A stretch of DNA of 64,000 nucleotides from Octopus bimaculoides (lineage: Eukaryota): assembly GCF_001194135.2 (NCBI RefSeq), contig NC_068981.1, forward strand, positions 191,989,914 to 192,053,913. Reading direction: 5' to 3'. The position numbers and the translations under genes were made by a program. Of this stretch, positions 13,181 through 26,304 are shown one piece after another. Every line of letters starts with the position of its first letter. The first letter of the stretch is position 1. The notes below the pieces were generated by a model that worked only from the letters and a program-made list of their open reading frames with translations, was not told where the DNA came from and did not search any database.

Positions 13181-13686
13181 CTACCTCTCAAAGAACCTAA
13201 CTGTATTGGATATGATGTTTGAGATGAGCAATTTTCAAAAATATTTGCCAACAAATTTTCTAACCACTTTGGGATATTCATTTCTGGACTGCTTTACTGA
13301 TTTAATACACGTTTTCAAAATAAATTTGATAGTTCTCATGTAGACATGTGTGAATTGTTGGGAAGAAGTGATGAAGTCAGATGTCAGAATACCAAACCAC
13401 TAAAAAAATTTGGATGATAACAAATCTGAGATGAAGTGGATAGCATGCTGTATGACAGGTATGTCACACTCCTGCCAATACAAAGAAATGAATATTAACA
13501 TGATGATGATGATGATGACGATCTTATCATCCATCCATACCACAACCACTCAACTTGAAACTGTACTAACACAAGATTAGTGTGTTTACTTAAGAAACAT
13601 ATGAATTGACAATAGCAAAGTTTTAAGTTATGTTATTTGGTTCAGACATCAGGTCTATGTACATCAATATGTCTAATTATATAAGA

Positions 13687-14089
13687 AGAGGCATGGCTGT
13701 GTGGTGAAGAAATATGCTTCTCAACCACATATGTTTGTGGATTCAGTCTCACTGTATAGTACCTTGGGCAAGTGTCTTCTATTTCTCCAAGCTAACCAAA
13801 GCCTTTGTGTGGATTTGGTAGATGGAAACTGAAAGATGCCAGTCATGTGTGTGTGTCTTAACATCATGGGATTGATATGAGCATCACTATCATGCAAAGT
13901 ATCTTATTTCCAATCTTCCATAGAAACGTGACTGGCCATGGGGAAAATATCACTTTGCTTGTAAACAAGTTGGGGGGTCAATAACATGAAGGGTTTTGTC
14001 CTTCGTGTCATTAACCTAGAAAAATCTGTCTCAACAAATTCCATTGACCCATGAAAATGTAAATGTTAAAACAATGATGATTATGATGA
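13687..14089 (+). mobile_element. SINE family B (same head as A, RTE-like 3' tail)
   Basis: A-type head to about 13860, then tttccaatcttcca...ggccatggggaaaatat...acccatg...(GAT)n. Confidence 0.7.
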
Positions 14090-15469
14090 GAATTACTGAA
14101 CACAAAGCAGCTGGACGCGTCTGTAATTCAAAAAGTACAGCCTTGTCACACTGGTTCTGCCTGAAAATGACATTATGAGTTTACATGTCTGTGGAATACT
14201 CAGGCACTTGTAAGTTAAGGCACGAGTCAGCTTGAGAAGACACCTATTCACAATGACACATCATCAACAGAATCTTAAGCCATAATGTTATGAAAGAAAC
14301 TTCTTCACCACATTACAGTGATGCTAAAGAACCCCCCCCCCCCATATATTGGTTTATCAAGAATAGTAAATATGGAGGGGTTTTTGGCTGCACCCTGTAT
14401 CTTACCTGGAGATTAAATGAAAATCCTTTTCTAAAAGTGAAAACACAATGTTTTCAACAGGAAAAAAGAAAATACATTTTTAAATGTTTTTTTTTTCAAC
14501 AATTATCTTCTGGCATTAAAATATTAATTTTTTGGAACATAATAGGATTTATGCTACAAATTAATTATATTAAGGAAGTAGTATCAGTTCAGTGAAGTTA
14601 ATGATGGATAAGAATATGCAACAAAGAACAAGTTCCTTGGAGGGATGTAGCACAAACAGTAAAACCGAAGGTGGTGAAGAAAATGATATTCTTAAAAAAA
14701 AAAATTTTTTTCAAACTATTTCTTTAACTCTTAGTTACCATGTAACACACAAGCAAAATTTGGTTTTAATAGCATCAGCAAAATCATTAAGCAATACATA
14801 TGTAGTTGGTGTTATTAGTCCTAAGTTGGCCCTTCAGAGCGAAAGCACTGAAGCCAGAAATAAAAGTATTTTTCTGGAAGTGTATCTGGATTACATTATC
14901 CAATGTATAATTCTTTAAAAAAGTAGGGTGATATTTGCGGGAGATTTGACTGCTGGTTTTAGCAAGAAGAGTATAGAAACTCCCTCATGAACTGCCTCGG
15001 GATATCTAATAATTCTCTAGTTTGCAAAATGAGAACAAAATATTTAATGTAATTAAATATAATATTTAGAGAAATTAGTCACATAAAGTTAATGAATAAA
15101 TAAAATTGATATTTAACTGAAAAACTATTTGGAAAACTCAAAATGTTTCAGAAATGAATTTTATCATTGGCAAAACTCTTCTCAGTCTGAAGTATTGTCA
15201 CTAATCTTTTCGTAGCTATTTATTTGCAGCTTAAAAATTCATAAATCATTTTATGGAAGCCGATTTTTGTTATAAATTACTTGAGATATCAACACAGAAT
15301 CTTTAGAGTTACAGATGGTTGGCATCAATGCTTCAATGCAGCTTCTGTAACCAAGACTTGTTAATTTCTTTCATGAATATTCTTATCAGTAGACTGTCCC
15401 CATGTATTTCAAATTTATTTTCAATATAACCAAAACTTTACAGTGGCCTTAGTAAAATATCTACTTTTA

Positions 15470-16760
15470 TCATCATTTAGCATCAATTTTTCCATGGTTG
15501 CATGGGTCAGACAAATTTTGTTGAGACAGATTTTCTACAACCAGATACTCTTCCTGTTTCCAACCTTGACCTGTTTCCAAGCAAAGTAAGAGTTCCCCAT
15601 GGCCAGAATAGTTTTCATGGAAGACTGAAAACAAACATTGTTTGTATGATGGTGATCCCATTTACAACCAACATTTGCCCTCAAATCAAAGGTACACACC
15701 AATACACATAAACAAATATTATATGAGGTGGTATCAAAAGGTTCCTGGACTAGTTATATTTAATAAAGAATAACTTATTTACCATCAAAAATAGTCACTT
15801 TGTGCAGTGATACACTGGTCCCAGCATTCCTGCCACTTTTGGAATCCAGCCTGGAAGTCGTTTTCAGTAAGTGAGTCAAAGACCTTCTGCAAATTGCTCT
15901 TGATCTCGACAATGGTGTTAAAACGGTGACCTTTGAACTGCATTCTCATCTTGGGGAAGAGATTGAAGTCGGCAGGTGCTCAATCTGGCAAATAGGGTAG
16001 GTATAGAAATGATACTATGTTGTTTTTGGTGAGAAACTCACAAGTGAGGCGAGTTCAGTGACAGGGTGCATTGTCATCATGATGAATCCAATTCTTTGTG
16101 CTCCACGGACCTGGTTGCTTTTGCCGAATGTCCTCCCTCAAACACTTCAAAACGTTGCAGTAAAACTCTTAATGGACGGCCTGGCCCAGGGAGATGAATT
16201 CTCAATGCACCAATACTGTGGATGTCAAAAAAACAATGAACATGCTCTTGACTGAGCTGTGGCTCTGTCATGCCTTTTGAAGCACCCGTGTCACTTGAAA
16301 CATTGCATATGACCCATTGCCTTGTCACCGTAAGCTTGCCAAAGCATGCTCAATGTCTATGTAGCAGGCTTCCTAAGTTTAATGCAGTATTTCACACTGG
16401 CTCTTTGTTCCAAATTCCAGTCCATGACAAAAATTGCAGACTACAGCATACACGTGATCGCAAAAACACAAATTTTGCAACTTGCAATGTAAACAGAGCA
16501 ATGTCACTCGACAGACTGCCTCATGAAGGTCATTACTAGCTCTCACTGTGCAAACAGCTATGTATTACAATCCGTTGGTGTACTACTGAACTAGATTGGA
16601 ACTTTTTGATACCACCTCATATATGTACAATGAGAGGTTTCTTCCAGTTTCCATCTACCAAATCCACTCACAAGGCTGGTGGTTATAGTAGAAGACACTT
16701 GTCCAAGATGCCACACAATGAGACTGATCCCAAGACCAGATAGTCAAGAAGCAAGCTTAT
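15470..16760 (-). mobile_element. SINE family B split by the mariner (15470-15721 plus 16622-16760)
   Basis: B tail on the left of the mariner and head on the right, in the same orientation. Confidence 0.7.
15724..16619 (-). mobile_element. Mariner (Tc1/mariner) deletion derivative, 896 bp
   Basis: TA TSDs at 15722-23 and 16620-21. TIR TGAGGTGGTATCAAAAGGTTCC / GGAACTTTTTGATACCACCTCA. Minus-strand remnant: ATG at 16425, MDWNLEQRASVKYCIKLRK...QAYGD, then a deletion, then MFIVFFDI...HHDDNAPCH...PYLPD*APADFNLFPKM...FQKWQECWDQCI. Confidence 0.92.
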
Positions 16761-17135
16761 ATTAAATGGTGATGAGCACTCATTGAGAGTTTACTTTCAA
16801 ACATGAATGTATTAGCATGGGTGTTCTTATGCAGGTTAGTATTAAGTGTTGGAGAAGGTAAACATCATGAAGCTTTTTTCTTTTTTTTTTATCCAAAAGA
16901 ATAAAGAAAAGAAATAAAAGTCCTTATAAGAACAATGAAATATTAAGTTTGTGTATAATTTGGTAGAGCAAAATTTATTTCATTGTATTTAGCTAGTAGT
17001 AGCACGTGCATGAATATACTGACCAAGTCATTTAAATTTAAGAACTTGACCAGCAAAAAACAACAATACATTTCTCCAGTGAAGAACTTTAGAAGAAAGA
17101 GAGAAAGAGGAGGAGCAGGAGAAGGGGACACTTAC

Positions 17136-17311
17136 TCGATCCTTGGCTGCCAGCAGCTGTTTGACCACTACTTTATCTGCAAGTAACAATACCCGGGTGA
17201 TAGCTGATAAAAGCTGCCTTGCAGCTCGCACCATGGCTGTTTTTTCTTTGATTGTCTTTGACTGTCCTGAATTTCCATCAGGAGTAGCTGTCAACTTCTG
17301 GATGCTAACAC
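17136..17311 (-). CDS. CTNNAL1: Alpha-catulin coding exon (equivalent to coding exon 3), 176 bp, phase 1 to phase 0
   Basis: Minus strand reads ...ttttgctattaaatttcag|GTGTTAGC...AAGGATCGA|gtaagt. Translation (G)VSIQKLTATPDGNSGQSKTIKEKTAMVRAARQLLSAITRVLLLADKVVVKQLLAAKDR matches alpha-catulin KTGVIKAARLLLSSVTKVLLLADRVVIKQII. The phase joins correctly to the 52973 donor (G+GT=Gly). Confidence 0.93.
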
Positions 17312-17587
17312 CTGAAATTTAATAGCAAAATAAGGGAAAACATTAAACACAGCTTACAATAATTAGGGAAAATTTAAAGGTAACATTTAAAGCAATTATT
17401 AAAAATAAATTTTGTTACTGAAAGCAAAGTGTTATAAAAAGGAAAGGATTTAGGATTAAATTTTTCCATAATAGAAATAAAACTAAAAATATTAACATGA
17501 ATTATTGAAGTGATTACACATTGATTTCTTGCTAACTGACTAATCAGCCACTTGACAGACAAAGGTAGTTATTAAAAAAATGCTTAA

Positions 17588-17773
17588 CCCTTTTCTTAGA
17601 ATTTTTCTGTTGAAATATACTGCCTTTTATTTCAATTAATTTCGAAAACAATTAAAAATTTAATAGAGTAACCATCATTAAGTTGATGCTAGGAACATAA
17701 ATTGAGATCACTTTAAAAAAAGGGTGTATTCATAGAACCAGGGTCAATCTTAGAAGGGTTCATATTAAAAGGG
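17588..17773. mobile_element. Family M MITE
   Basis: TTAA-CCCTTTT ... AAAAGGG-TTAA (TTAA at 17584-17587 and 17774-17777). Confidence 0.7.
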
Positions 17774-17889
17774 TTAAAGAGGTATCATGAATTAACAGAT
17801 TTCTTATAAAAGTAAAGCATTTAATCTTGCAATGAAAGAAATCCAAGGCTGGCATCAAAGATAACAAATGCAAGGTCATGGAGTTATAG

Positions 17890-18222
17890 CTAGGGGCAGT
17901 ATTGCCTAAGAAGTTCACTTCATGACCACAAGGTCCCAGGTTCGATATCACTGTGTGTTGTAACTTGGGCAAATGTCATTTTGTTTACCCTCAAACCAAC
18001 TCGAGTGAAACTGGGTAGACAGAAACTGTAGGTGAATTGTATGTGTAATTCAAAAAGGTACTGCCTTGTTGTACCTTGTGTCATGTTGATTCTGCCTAAG
18101 AATTACATAAAAGGCACACATGCCTGCGGAATGATCATCCACTTATATGTCAATCCAAAAGCAGATAATTCAGTCAATTGAACAACTGAGAACCACCACT
18201 AGTCATAAAGATAGCAAATGTC
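17890..18222 (+). mobile_element. SINE family E (related head, third tail type); tail fragment also at about 14115-14275
   Basis: B-box GGTTCGAT, core TTGGGCAAATGTC and GTAGACAGAAACTG, then tail tgtaattcaaaaagg.acagccttgt shared with 14120-14160. Confidence 0.55.
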
Positions 18223-18244
18223 TTGTAACCCCTCCACTCTTTCA

Positions 18245-18276
<32 letters not shown>

Positions 18277-19246
18277 CTTTGTCTGTTATGATTTATAAAA
18301 TACAGTCTAAAATGAAATAGTGATCAAAGCTTGGTAAGACAGTAATATTTAACAGAAAATAATTCAACAGATGAATGACTAGATTTGGTATATGAAAAAA
18401 TGTTTAGCTATAGGTCAAACTTGATTGGGCAGTCATAACATTTTTTATCTTTTACTGGTTTACTTGTTTTCTCTTTTATTTGTTTTACTTATACTAGGAC
18501 CTTGAGCAGAAGTGCTCTGCTCAAAGACACAACATGCCGCCTGGTACATGAATCCTGTGCACAACACCCTAACCACTAAACCATGCACTTGCATACACAC
18601 CATAAGAAATACACAATCATTATGGCTACTAGGGAGTGAAGACAAAAACTCTTCAATGTCACTAGCATGGCTTTCATTCTCTTACACAACTGTCACGGAA
18701 TTGCTGAGTTTTTATATATATAAAATAGGTTAAGTTGCAGCTTACAGAATAAAGGCCAAAGAAATTTACCAAAAGAGGTTGGGTAAATTTTGATTCATAT
18801 GATTTTAAAATATAATTAAGTTTAAAATATATATATTTATTAAATTTGCAGATAGTGCCTTTTATTTTCTGTATTAATAACTATTCACTGAAATCAATAA
18901 GGTCATTAGAGGAATCCAATTCACATTAATAAGCTAAAGTACCTTTATTTAATGAATTAAAAGTTCATAGACGGATGAATATTGCATTTAATTATTCTGT
19001 ATGAATATAAAATTCATCTGACAATGTGTAAACATTTCATGCAAATTCAACTTAATTTCAATGCACCTCTTTCTTTGACACTTCAACAAAATGAGAAAGC
19101 AGACATTTCAAAGAAATATTATGTATTTATTCATTAGATGTTATATTTTCATTAGATATTTATCATTTAAAACCAGAAACCATGATATTTTGATACTTCA
19201 TTGACTAAATTGCTCTGTTTTATGTTTCATATATTAAATATTTAGG

Positions 19247-19397
19247 TATAGCTGTGTGATTAAAACTTACTTCCCAACCACATGATGGCCTCAGGTTCAG
19301 TCTTAGTGTATGACAACTTGGGAAAATGTCTTTTACTATAGACCTGGATCAACCAAAGCCTTGTGAATGGATTTGGTAGAGAGAAACTGAAAGAATC

Positions 19398-19450
<53 letters not shown>

Positions 19451-19900
19451 ACCATTGTTTGACAACAGGTGTTGGAGAGTTTACATCCCCATGACTTAGT
19501 GTTTTGGCAAAAGAGATTGATAAAATAAGTAACATGCTTAAAAAAAAAAGTGCTGCCATAAATTCATTCACCAAAAATTCTTGAAGGTGGTGCCCCAGCA
19601 TGGCTGCAGTCTAATGACTGAAACAGGTAAAAGACAAAAGGTATATGTATGTTGTTGTCACCTTGTCTCAATATTGAATGACAGTCGTAAACAAGTGGCA
19701 GCATCACACAAGCCCTGTCCATTTCCAATCTTCTACGAAAATATGTCTAACCAGAGGGAAATATTCCCTTAATTGAAAACAGGTTAGGGTTGGCATTAGG
19801 AAGGACATCAAGACATAAAATATCTGCCTCAATGAATTCCATTTGTCCCATGCTAGTATTGAAAAATAGACATCATGGTGGTGGTGATGATGATGATACC
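19247..19900 (+). mobile_element. SINE A copy followed by a SINE B-type tail
   Basis: Head 19247-19400, (TG)n, A tail to about 19640, then B tail ending (GAT)n at about 19900. Confidence 0.7.
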
Positions 19901-20131
19901 ACTACTACTACTACTGAAGCTTTCATACCAGAAACGAGCTCTTATGCTTCACTTTTGATAATAGCTTTTTCAAATATATTTGTGTTACTATTTGATATGT
20001 AGCAATATTATTAAATATATAGTGTTGATATTAAAGCTAAGATGCTAAGAAAGGTTTATTCCAGCAAAGTTCTAAGATACTTGAGCATTCTGCCTTGCTT
20101 TTGAACAACTACATATAGTAGAGGAGTTTCA

Positions 20132-20350
20132 CCCTTTTGATACCAATCCACCCAAGATTGCCCTTGGTTCTAATACGAATTTATTGTTTTAAACTGATTG
20201 AATTTAAACCATCAAAATTTCATGGTAATTTATGCTCCAAACACACATATTATAATAACAAAGTTTTCTTAAATAACTAAAGTTTTCATTATCTCAAAAC
20301 TAATTAAAACAAAGACAGTTTATTGCAATGGAAATATACTAACAAAAGAG
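20132..20350. mobile_element. Family M MITE
   Basis: CCCTTTTGATACC ... ACTAACAAAAGAG-TTAA, with body similar to 4755-4959 and 38172-38384. Confidence 0.65.
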
Positions 20351-20573
20351 TTAAGGTTATTGAAGTCCTGTTAAATAAAATGTGGAATTTGGTTGATAAA
20401 CTTTATTCCATAAAAATCATTACTCATCTTTCCTTCGTGTAAAATCATTCTCCAACCATCATTCCCATAAAATCACTGCGTTTAGATACAAAACATGTGA
20501 CTGACCACAGATTTATGAAGTATTTCATATCTACCTTAACTTATCAGAAAGAAGAATAACAACTGAACTACAC

Positions 20574-20790
20574 TATTGTGTTGAGTCAAAAGTTTTGATA
20601 ACTACTTGCTTTGTTTGTCAAAACAGCCAAGCATTCAAAGTGGAGGCCATTGTGTTGCAGCGTCTGAAGCCACCTTTCTGCCAGTTCTTTGATCCCACAC
20701 TGATACCAGTTCTTGTCCTTCAAGGTGAAAAACTCTTTCACTGAAGCTTCAACTTTCTCTTGCAAGAAATCAGCCACGGATCGGAAATCA
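20574..20790 (-). mobile_element. 3' terminal fragment of a second mariner family
   Basis: Minus-strand ...VKEFFTLKDKNWYQCGIKELAERWLQTLQHNGLHFE* is a typical mariner C-terminus (FF.SK...FY..GI..L..RW..V....G.YF). It is followed by a TA-TTGTGTTGAGTCAAAAGT-type end. Confidence 0.7.
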
Positions 20791-21310
20791 AATATTTTCA
20801 TCAACACACACATACAAACAAACAAACAAACACACATATATATGTATATATGAAACTTTCATTCTGATGTTTAATCAAAACACATACCATCAATATTCTC
20901 TATGCGATGAAAAACAAACTTGCACAAATCTTACATACATGTAGTTGTTCTTACATCCCTTTTTCCATGCTGGCATGGGTTAGGTAAAATTTGTTGAGAG
21001 ATTTTGTGACTGAATGTCCTCATCAATCTTTTATCGATTTTCAGAGTAAAGTATTTTCATTTCCAACATGGTCTCACCATTCTGAAAATGATGAAACCGT
21101 TGAAATTGAGAGATACTTAGCTAACCAGAGAATGTAAACAATGACACTAAATTTGATCAAGCAGTGTTAATTAGGGGGTACACCCCCCTACACACACACA
21201 CCAGGCTCCCAGTTCCACTCACAAGGCACTAGTTAGACCAAGGCCATAGGTGCCACACAGTTGGACAGAAACCAAAATTACATTGTTGCAAAGCAAACTT
21301 CATAACACAA

Positions 21311-21311
<1 letters not shown>

Positions 21312-21377
<66 letters not shown>
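21312..21377. repeat. (TG)n microsatellite
   Basis: Direct reading. Confidence 0.95.
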
Positions 21378-21378
<1 letters not shown>

Positions 21379-23491
21379 ATAAAATAAAAGGTGACCTGAT
21401 TATGATATAAAATGTTTTTTTGACTATATCTCATACGGAGTTCTATATCAGATAATGTTTTAACGGCTTCTAGCAAACTTCCATGTATGTCAAGCACCTA
21501 TACATTATGGTGTGTGTGTGTGCTTTGTCAGAGCATATTCAAAAATGTCTCAAATGTTAACTTTAAAAAAAAAAATTTTTTTTAAATATATTGCTAACAT
21601 TAAAAAATTTAAAGAAGAGAAAAGAGTAAAATAAATTCATAGAAAATTAATCTCTTTTTTATTGTTATTTAATCAATATTTTTACATTTTAATGGCTGTT
21701 TTTTAAAGTTTGCATTTTTAGGACAGTATTTAGATTACATGGCTAACAATGGTGTGTGCTCATAAGCTATTTCCTGCAACTTTTCTACATCACTTATGTA
21801 TGATTGTGTAGCATCATTTGATAAGCCTTCTCTAAAGGACACATATATTGATATAGCAAAAAGAGTCCTATATTTTAACATATCTATTCATTCTTAATAC
21901 ATTCTGGTAAATTCAAATGTGAATATCTGATCACTGTTGGCTATTATCAATGGAGAACACCTCCTCCCTTGAGATGCTGTGTATTCATATCATGTGATTT
22001 GCTAGTGTAAATGAACTTTAAGACACTGCAGTGTTTTGACCTTATTGAATGCATGCTCAGTTAAAGCTACTCTGCCAGGCCACTGAATCTGACAAGAACA
22101 TAAACTTTTGTTTACAGAAATTACTAAACAAATTATATGCTGTTGTGTGCTGATCTCAGCCAAACAGATAATTTATGGGGATGCATGAAGATTCTCACTG
22201 TTCTACATGAACCCCATAAATTATAGTCCTATATTTTCATTTCACTGAAATGGCTTAAATATGCAATGAAAGCCTCACAGATAATGAACTAACTTAATGT
22301 TAAGTTTTAGTAGAATCATGAGTAAGAATAAGAATGAAAAACTGAGTATAATATCCCTCATAAATAGTAACTTTTGTAACAGAAGATTAATTAGTGGTGC
22401 AATAAGAATAGGAAACTATCAAGAGGATAATTTTGAAATCAAATCTATTTCCAATCACAAAGAGAATAAAAAATATGTATTAATGTAGTATTTGAAACTA
22501 TATCCAATGATATAAATCTCTGAACATCTTGGCTATTAAAGATAGTGTCTAATGTTTACATGAAAACAAGTCTAAATTTGAAGTAAACTCTACTCAAAAA
22601 CTGGTGCTTAAAACAAACAAGCATAGACAAAAAAAGAACAACAAAAATGCTACTCGAACAAAGAAAAAAAAGCCCCTAAAAAGAAAGACAATGAATGAAG
22701 GTAATGTTAATGGTGTTAGTAGAATTACTGTAATTGATTTTCTTCTAATGTTTCATGACACATTCCAATGGTGTACCCATGACGAAATAAATATTCTAAT
22801 TTCCAGAACAGAAATTTCATTTTCAATCAATAAAGTAATCAAACCATAGTTCACTGTCAATGTTTCAATCTGTTTTTTTTTTTTTGTTTTTTTTCCATTT
22901 ACTTTTCTATTTTCTTACTGACATGGATAGAATAGAAATTTTGCTTTGCAGATTTATTTTTGTATGGTTATAATACAACACCAATACTAAAAAGACTATC
23001 TCCCTAGACTTAAAGCCAACTTATAAAAGGTATCAGAGAAAAGCAAATACAGTGTCAATGTGTCATGAAAATTAGTTTCTTAGTAAAGAAACCCATCAAG
23101 TGAAAATATAATTCAGCCATAGACTGAACATTTTAGTGTAAATAATAATTATTCAAAAAGAAAACATCTAAAAATGTCACCTATTTATAATACTTGCAAA
23201 AATAGGCTCAGGCAAGGCTCTGTGTGGGTGTGTGCGCACGTGTGCATGTGTATTTAAGAAGACAGTTTCCCAACCACATGGTTTCAAGTTCAGTCGCACT
23301 GTACAGTGCCAAGTGTAGGGTCTTGCAAGTGAATTTAGGAGATTGAAATGGAAAGAAGTGTGTGTGTGTGTGTGTGTGTGTGTGCATGTATGCATGCATG
23401 CGCACATTTGCATTTGCTGCACTATAAAAGCTGCATGTTTTGTTGTTGCTACTTTTTGTCTCTACAAGAACTTGCAAATGTTACATGTAAA

Positions 23492-23900
23492 AGGACATAG
23501 CTGTGGTCAAGAGGTTTACTTCCAACCACATGGTTTTGGGTTCAGTCTCATTGTGTGACACCTTGGGCAAGTGTCTTCAACTATAACCCCAGGCAGACCA
23601 AAGCCTTGTGAGTAGACGTAGATTTCTTAGACAAAAATTGAAAAAGCCCATTGTATGAGGGAGAGAGAGAGTCCTTGTCCTGACATCACATGCTGGCTGT
23701 AAATAAGCATCACCATCATACCAGTGATGTTCATTTCCAATCTTCCATGGAAACATGCCTCACAATGAGGAGATATTGCTACATTTGGAAGCAAGTGAGG
23801 GTTAGCAACAGGAAGAGCATCCAGCCACAGAAAAAGCTGCCTCAACAAACTCCATGCAACCCACGCAAGCATGGAAAAGTGGATGTTTAACACAATGATG
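23492..23900 (+). mobile_element. SINE family B
   Basis: A-type head plus B tail ending gcaagcatggaaaagtggatg. Confidence 0.75.
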
Positions 23901-24170
23901 CAGATATCTTTCAATTAAGGTTTAATGCAAGATTTAATAAACCAATTATGATTATCTTGAAATAACTAGCACAATGATCTACTTCAGAAAACATTGAAGA
24001 TCAACTAAAAACTATTGAAATCTTTTCTATAGGGGAGCTTATAACCATTCTGATCAACAGTAAGAAAGAATGCAAGCATTACAATACATTCTCCCAAAAT
24101 TATTACAAATTAAAATTACTTGCAATATTTACACACACAAAAAAAAGGACATCAGGTTAATTTTGGAGTA

Positions 24171-24400
24171 CAGTAATCCCTCACCTTATCACAGTTCACC
24201 TATCACGGTTTATTATTTAACTTACGCCAATCCCTCTGTGGTGTTGCTTTGCATTTATAATAAAATTTTTATATATATAGATATATACATATTATGAAAA
24301 TAATTATAAAAAATATACAGTACTGTTTCTACTTCATGGACTTTCACCTATTGCGGGGGGGTTTTGGAACGTAACACCCGCAATAGTCAAGGGGTTTTTA
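24171..24400. mobile_element. Tigger/pogo-like MITE (decayed)
   Basis: TA-CAGTAATCCCTCACCTTATCACAG left end, with an imperfect inverted right end CCGCAATAGTCAAGGGG. Confidence 0.5.
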
Positions 24401-24928
24401 ATTTTGATTTTGTATTCCAAATACAGTTTTCAAGTTTAACTATTTTTCCACTAAAATACACTAAACAAAAGGCATTACATATTTCATAAATCCTTAAGGG
24501 TACATTAAAAGGAAAATTTTAAGAACCCCCCCCCACCACCACCACCACCAAAAAAAAAATTAAACATTCTGAAGATTATAGGAAAATTTAGACAAAAATT
24601 TCCCCAACCAATTTTTCATATTTTATATGAAAAATCAGAGAATTTGATAACCGTAGGCAATTTAGATTCTTTGAAGTTTCATTGAGATAAAAGAAAGAAT
24701 TAATAATTCTATATTTTGTTCAGTTAGAATAAGTTAATGCAAAGAAAATATTTTTTCTATTTTTTGTGAATAGTGAAATTACAGTCAGTTTATACTTTTC
24801 AGATTAGAAAAATATACAAAAACAAAGAATTTATTGTATATACAGTACTCAGGTGCACCATATCTCTTCAAAATCATATTTCATTTTTCAACTGATAAAA
24901 TGCCATTATTAACAAACATAACTGCCCA

Positions 24929-25294
24929 AGGCACAGGTATGGCTGTGTGGTGAAGAAGCTCATTTTGCAACTAAATGCAACATGTCGGGCAAAAGTTTTC
25001 TGAAGGAGCACCAGGCTGACCAATGCATTGTCAGTGAATTTGGTAGACAGAAACTGTGTGGAAGCCTGTCGTGTGTGTGTGTTTGTGCATGTGTGCATTT
25101 GTGTGTCTTTGTCCCCATCACTACCACCCATTGCTTGACAACTGGTGTTGGTTTATTTACATCCCCCATAACTTAGCAATATGACAAAAGAGACCAAAAG
25201 AATGAGGTACCGAAGTTGGTTTCTTCAACTAAACCCTTTAAGGTGGCACCCCAGCAGTGCTGCAGTCCAATGACTGAAACAAGTAAAAGATAAA
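24929..25294 (+). mobile_element. SINE family A
   Basis: Same head and tail as 28936-29312, with a small internal deletion. Confidence 0.75.
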
Positions 25295-25806
25295 TTTCTA
25301 ATGGAAATAAACTCTCAAAGAAGATGGTGTTGAACACAGATCCCTTATATTTACTCACTTTGATACCACTGATAAGAAAATGTGATCCAATAGATGAAAA
25401 CAGAGGTGTACAAAAATATCTCAAATGAAATAACATTTTGCTGATAGGATGAATAAGAAAACAAGTATAAGGAAACTATTCTATAAGCATTATGCATATA
25501 AATGGACTCTAAATGGCTGAATTGTAAATGGCTGCATCAGTAACTTGTTGATTGTGAATTCAAAAGAAGCAATGACAGTTCCAGTTCAATAACCTATAGT
25601 TCAATAGTCATATGATCACTCAAAAGTCTAATGTCTTTCTAAAATTATTTTTAAAAAACCTATTAAACTTTACAAAAGACTTATTCTACTAGAAAATAAA
25701 CAATACTAAATACTATGAGTGTGTATGTATAGAGTAGACATAGAGGTAGGTGTGTGTGTGTGTACATGCACGCATGTACACACACACATATATATATATA
25801 TATATA

Positions 25807-26053
25807 NNNNNNNNNNNNNNNNNNNNNNNNNNNNNNNNNNNNNNNNNNNNNNNNNNNNNNNNNNNNNNNNNNNNNNNNNNNNNNNNNNNNNNNNNNNNNN
25901 NNNNNNNNNNNNNNNNNNNNNNNNNNNNNNNNNNNNNNNNNNNNNNNNNNNNNNNNNNNNNNNNNNNNNNNNNNNNNNNNNNNNNNNNNNNNNNNNNNNN
26001 NNNNNNNNNNNNNNNNNNNNNNNNNNNNNNNNNNNNNNNNNNNNNNNNNNNNN
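25807..26053. other. Assembly gap (247 N); other gaps at 7833-7842, 32079-32232, 35229-35238, 45941-45950 and 46577-46586
   Basis: Runs of N, mostly at microsatellites. Confidence 0.99.
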
Positions 26054-26252
26054 CAAGAGTAAGTCTTGCCAAATAAATTGTATTAATTACAAGAAATATG
26101 TTTATGCCAAAGAAAATTGAATCAGATGAAGAACATTAAAAAAAAAAAGTACTTAAAAAATGCAAACTATCATCATGATTTTAATGATCTTATTTGCATT
26201 CTAACAAAGATTACTGTTACTTAATACATATGTACCTAAAACAATTGAATGT

Positions 26253-26304
<52 letters not shown>

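Noticed and set aside
14399-14425. Recursive-splice-like YAG|GTAAGA on the minus strand (also at 35141-35160)
   Set aside because: A rough base-composition estimate gives about two such 8-mers by chance in 64 kb. One lies inside a transposon remnant and neither has supporting evidence.
1-17135. Next alpha-catulin exon (expected VLxTMxRLExVNSFxEFV...GDRQN-like)
   Set aside because: Not found by eye on the minus strand. It probably lies left of the window; a spliced alignment would settle this.
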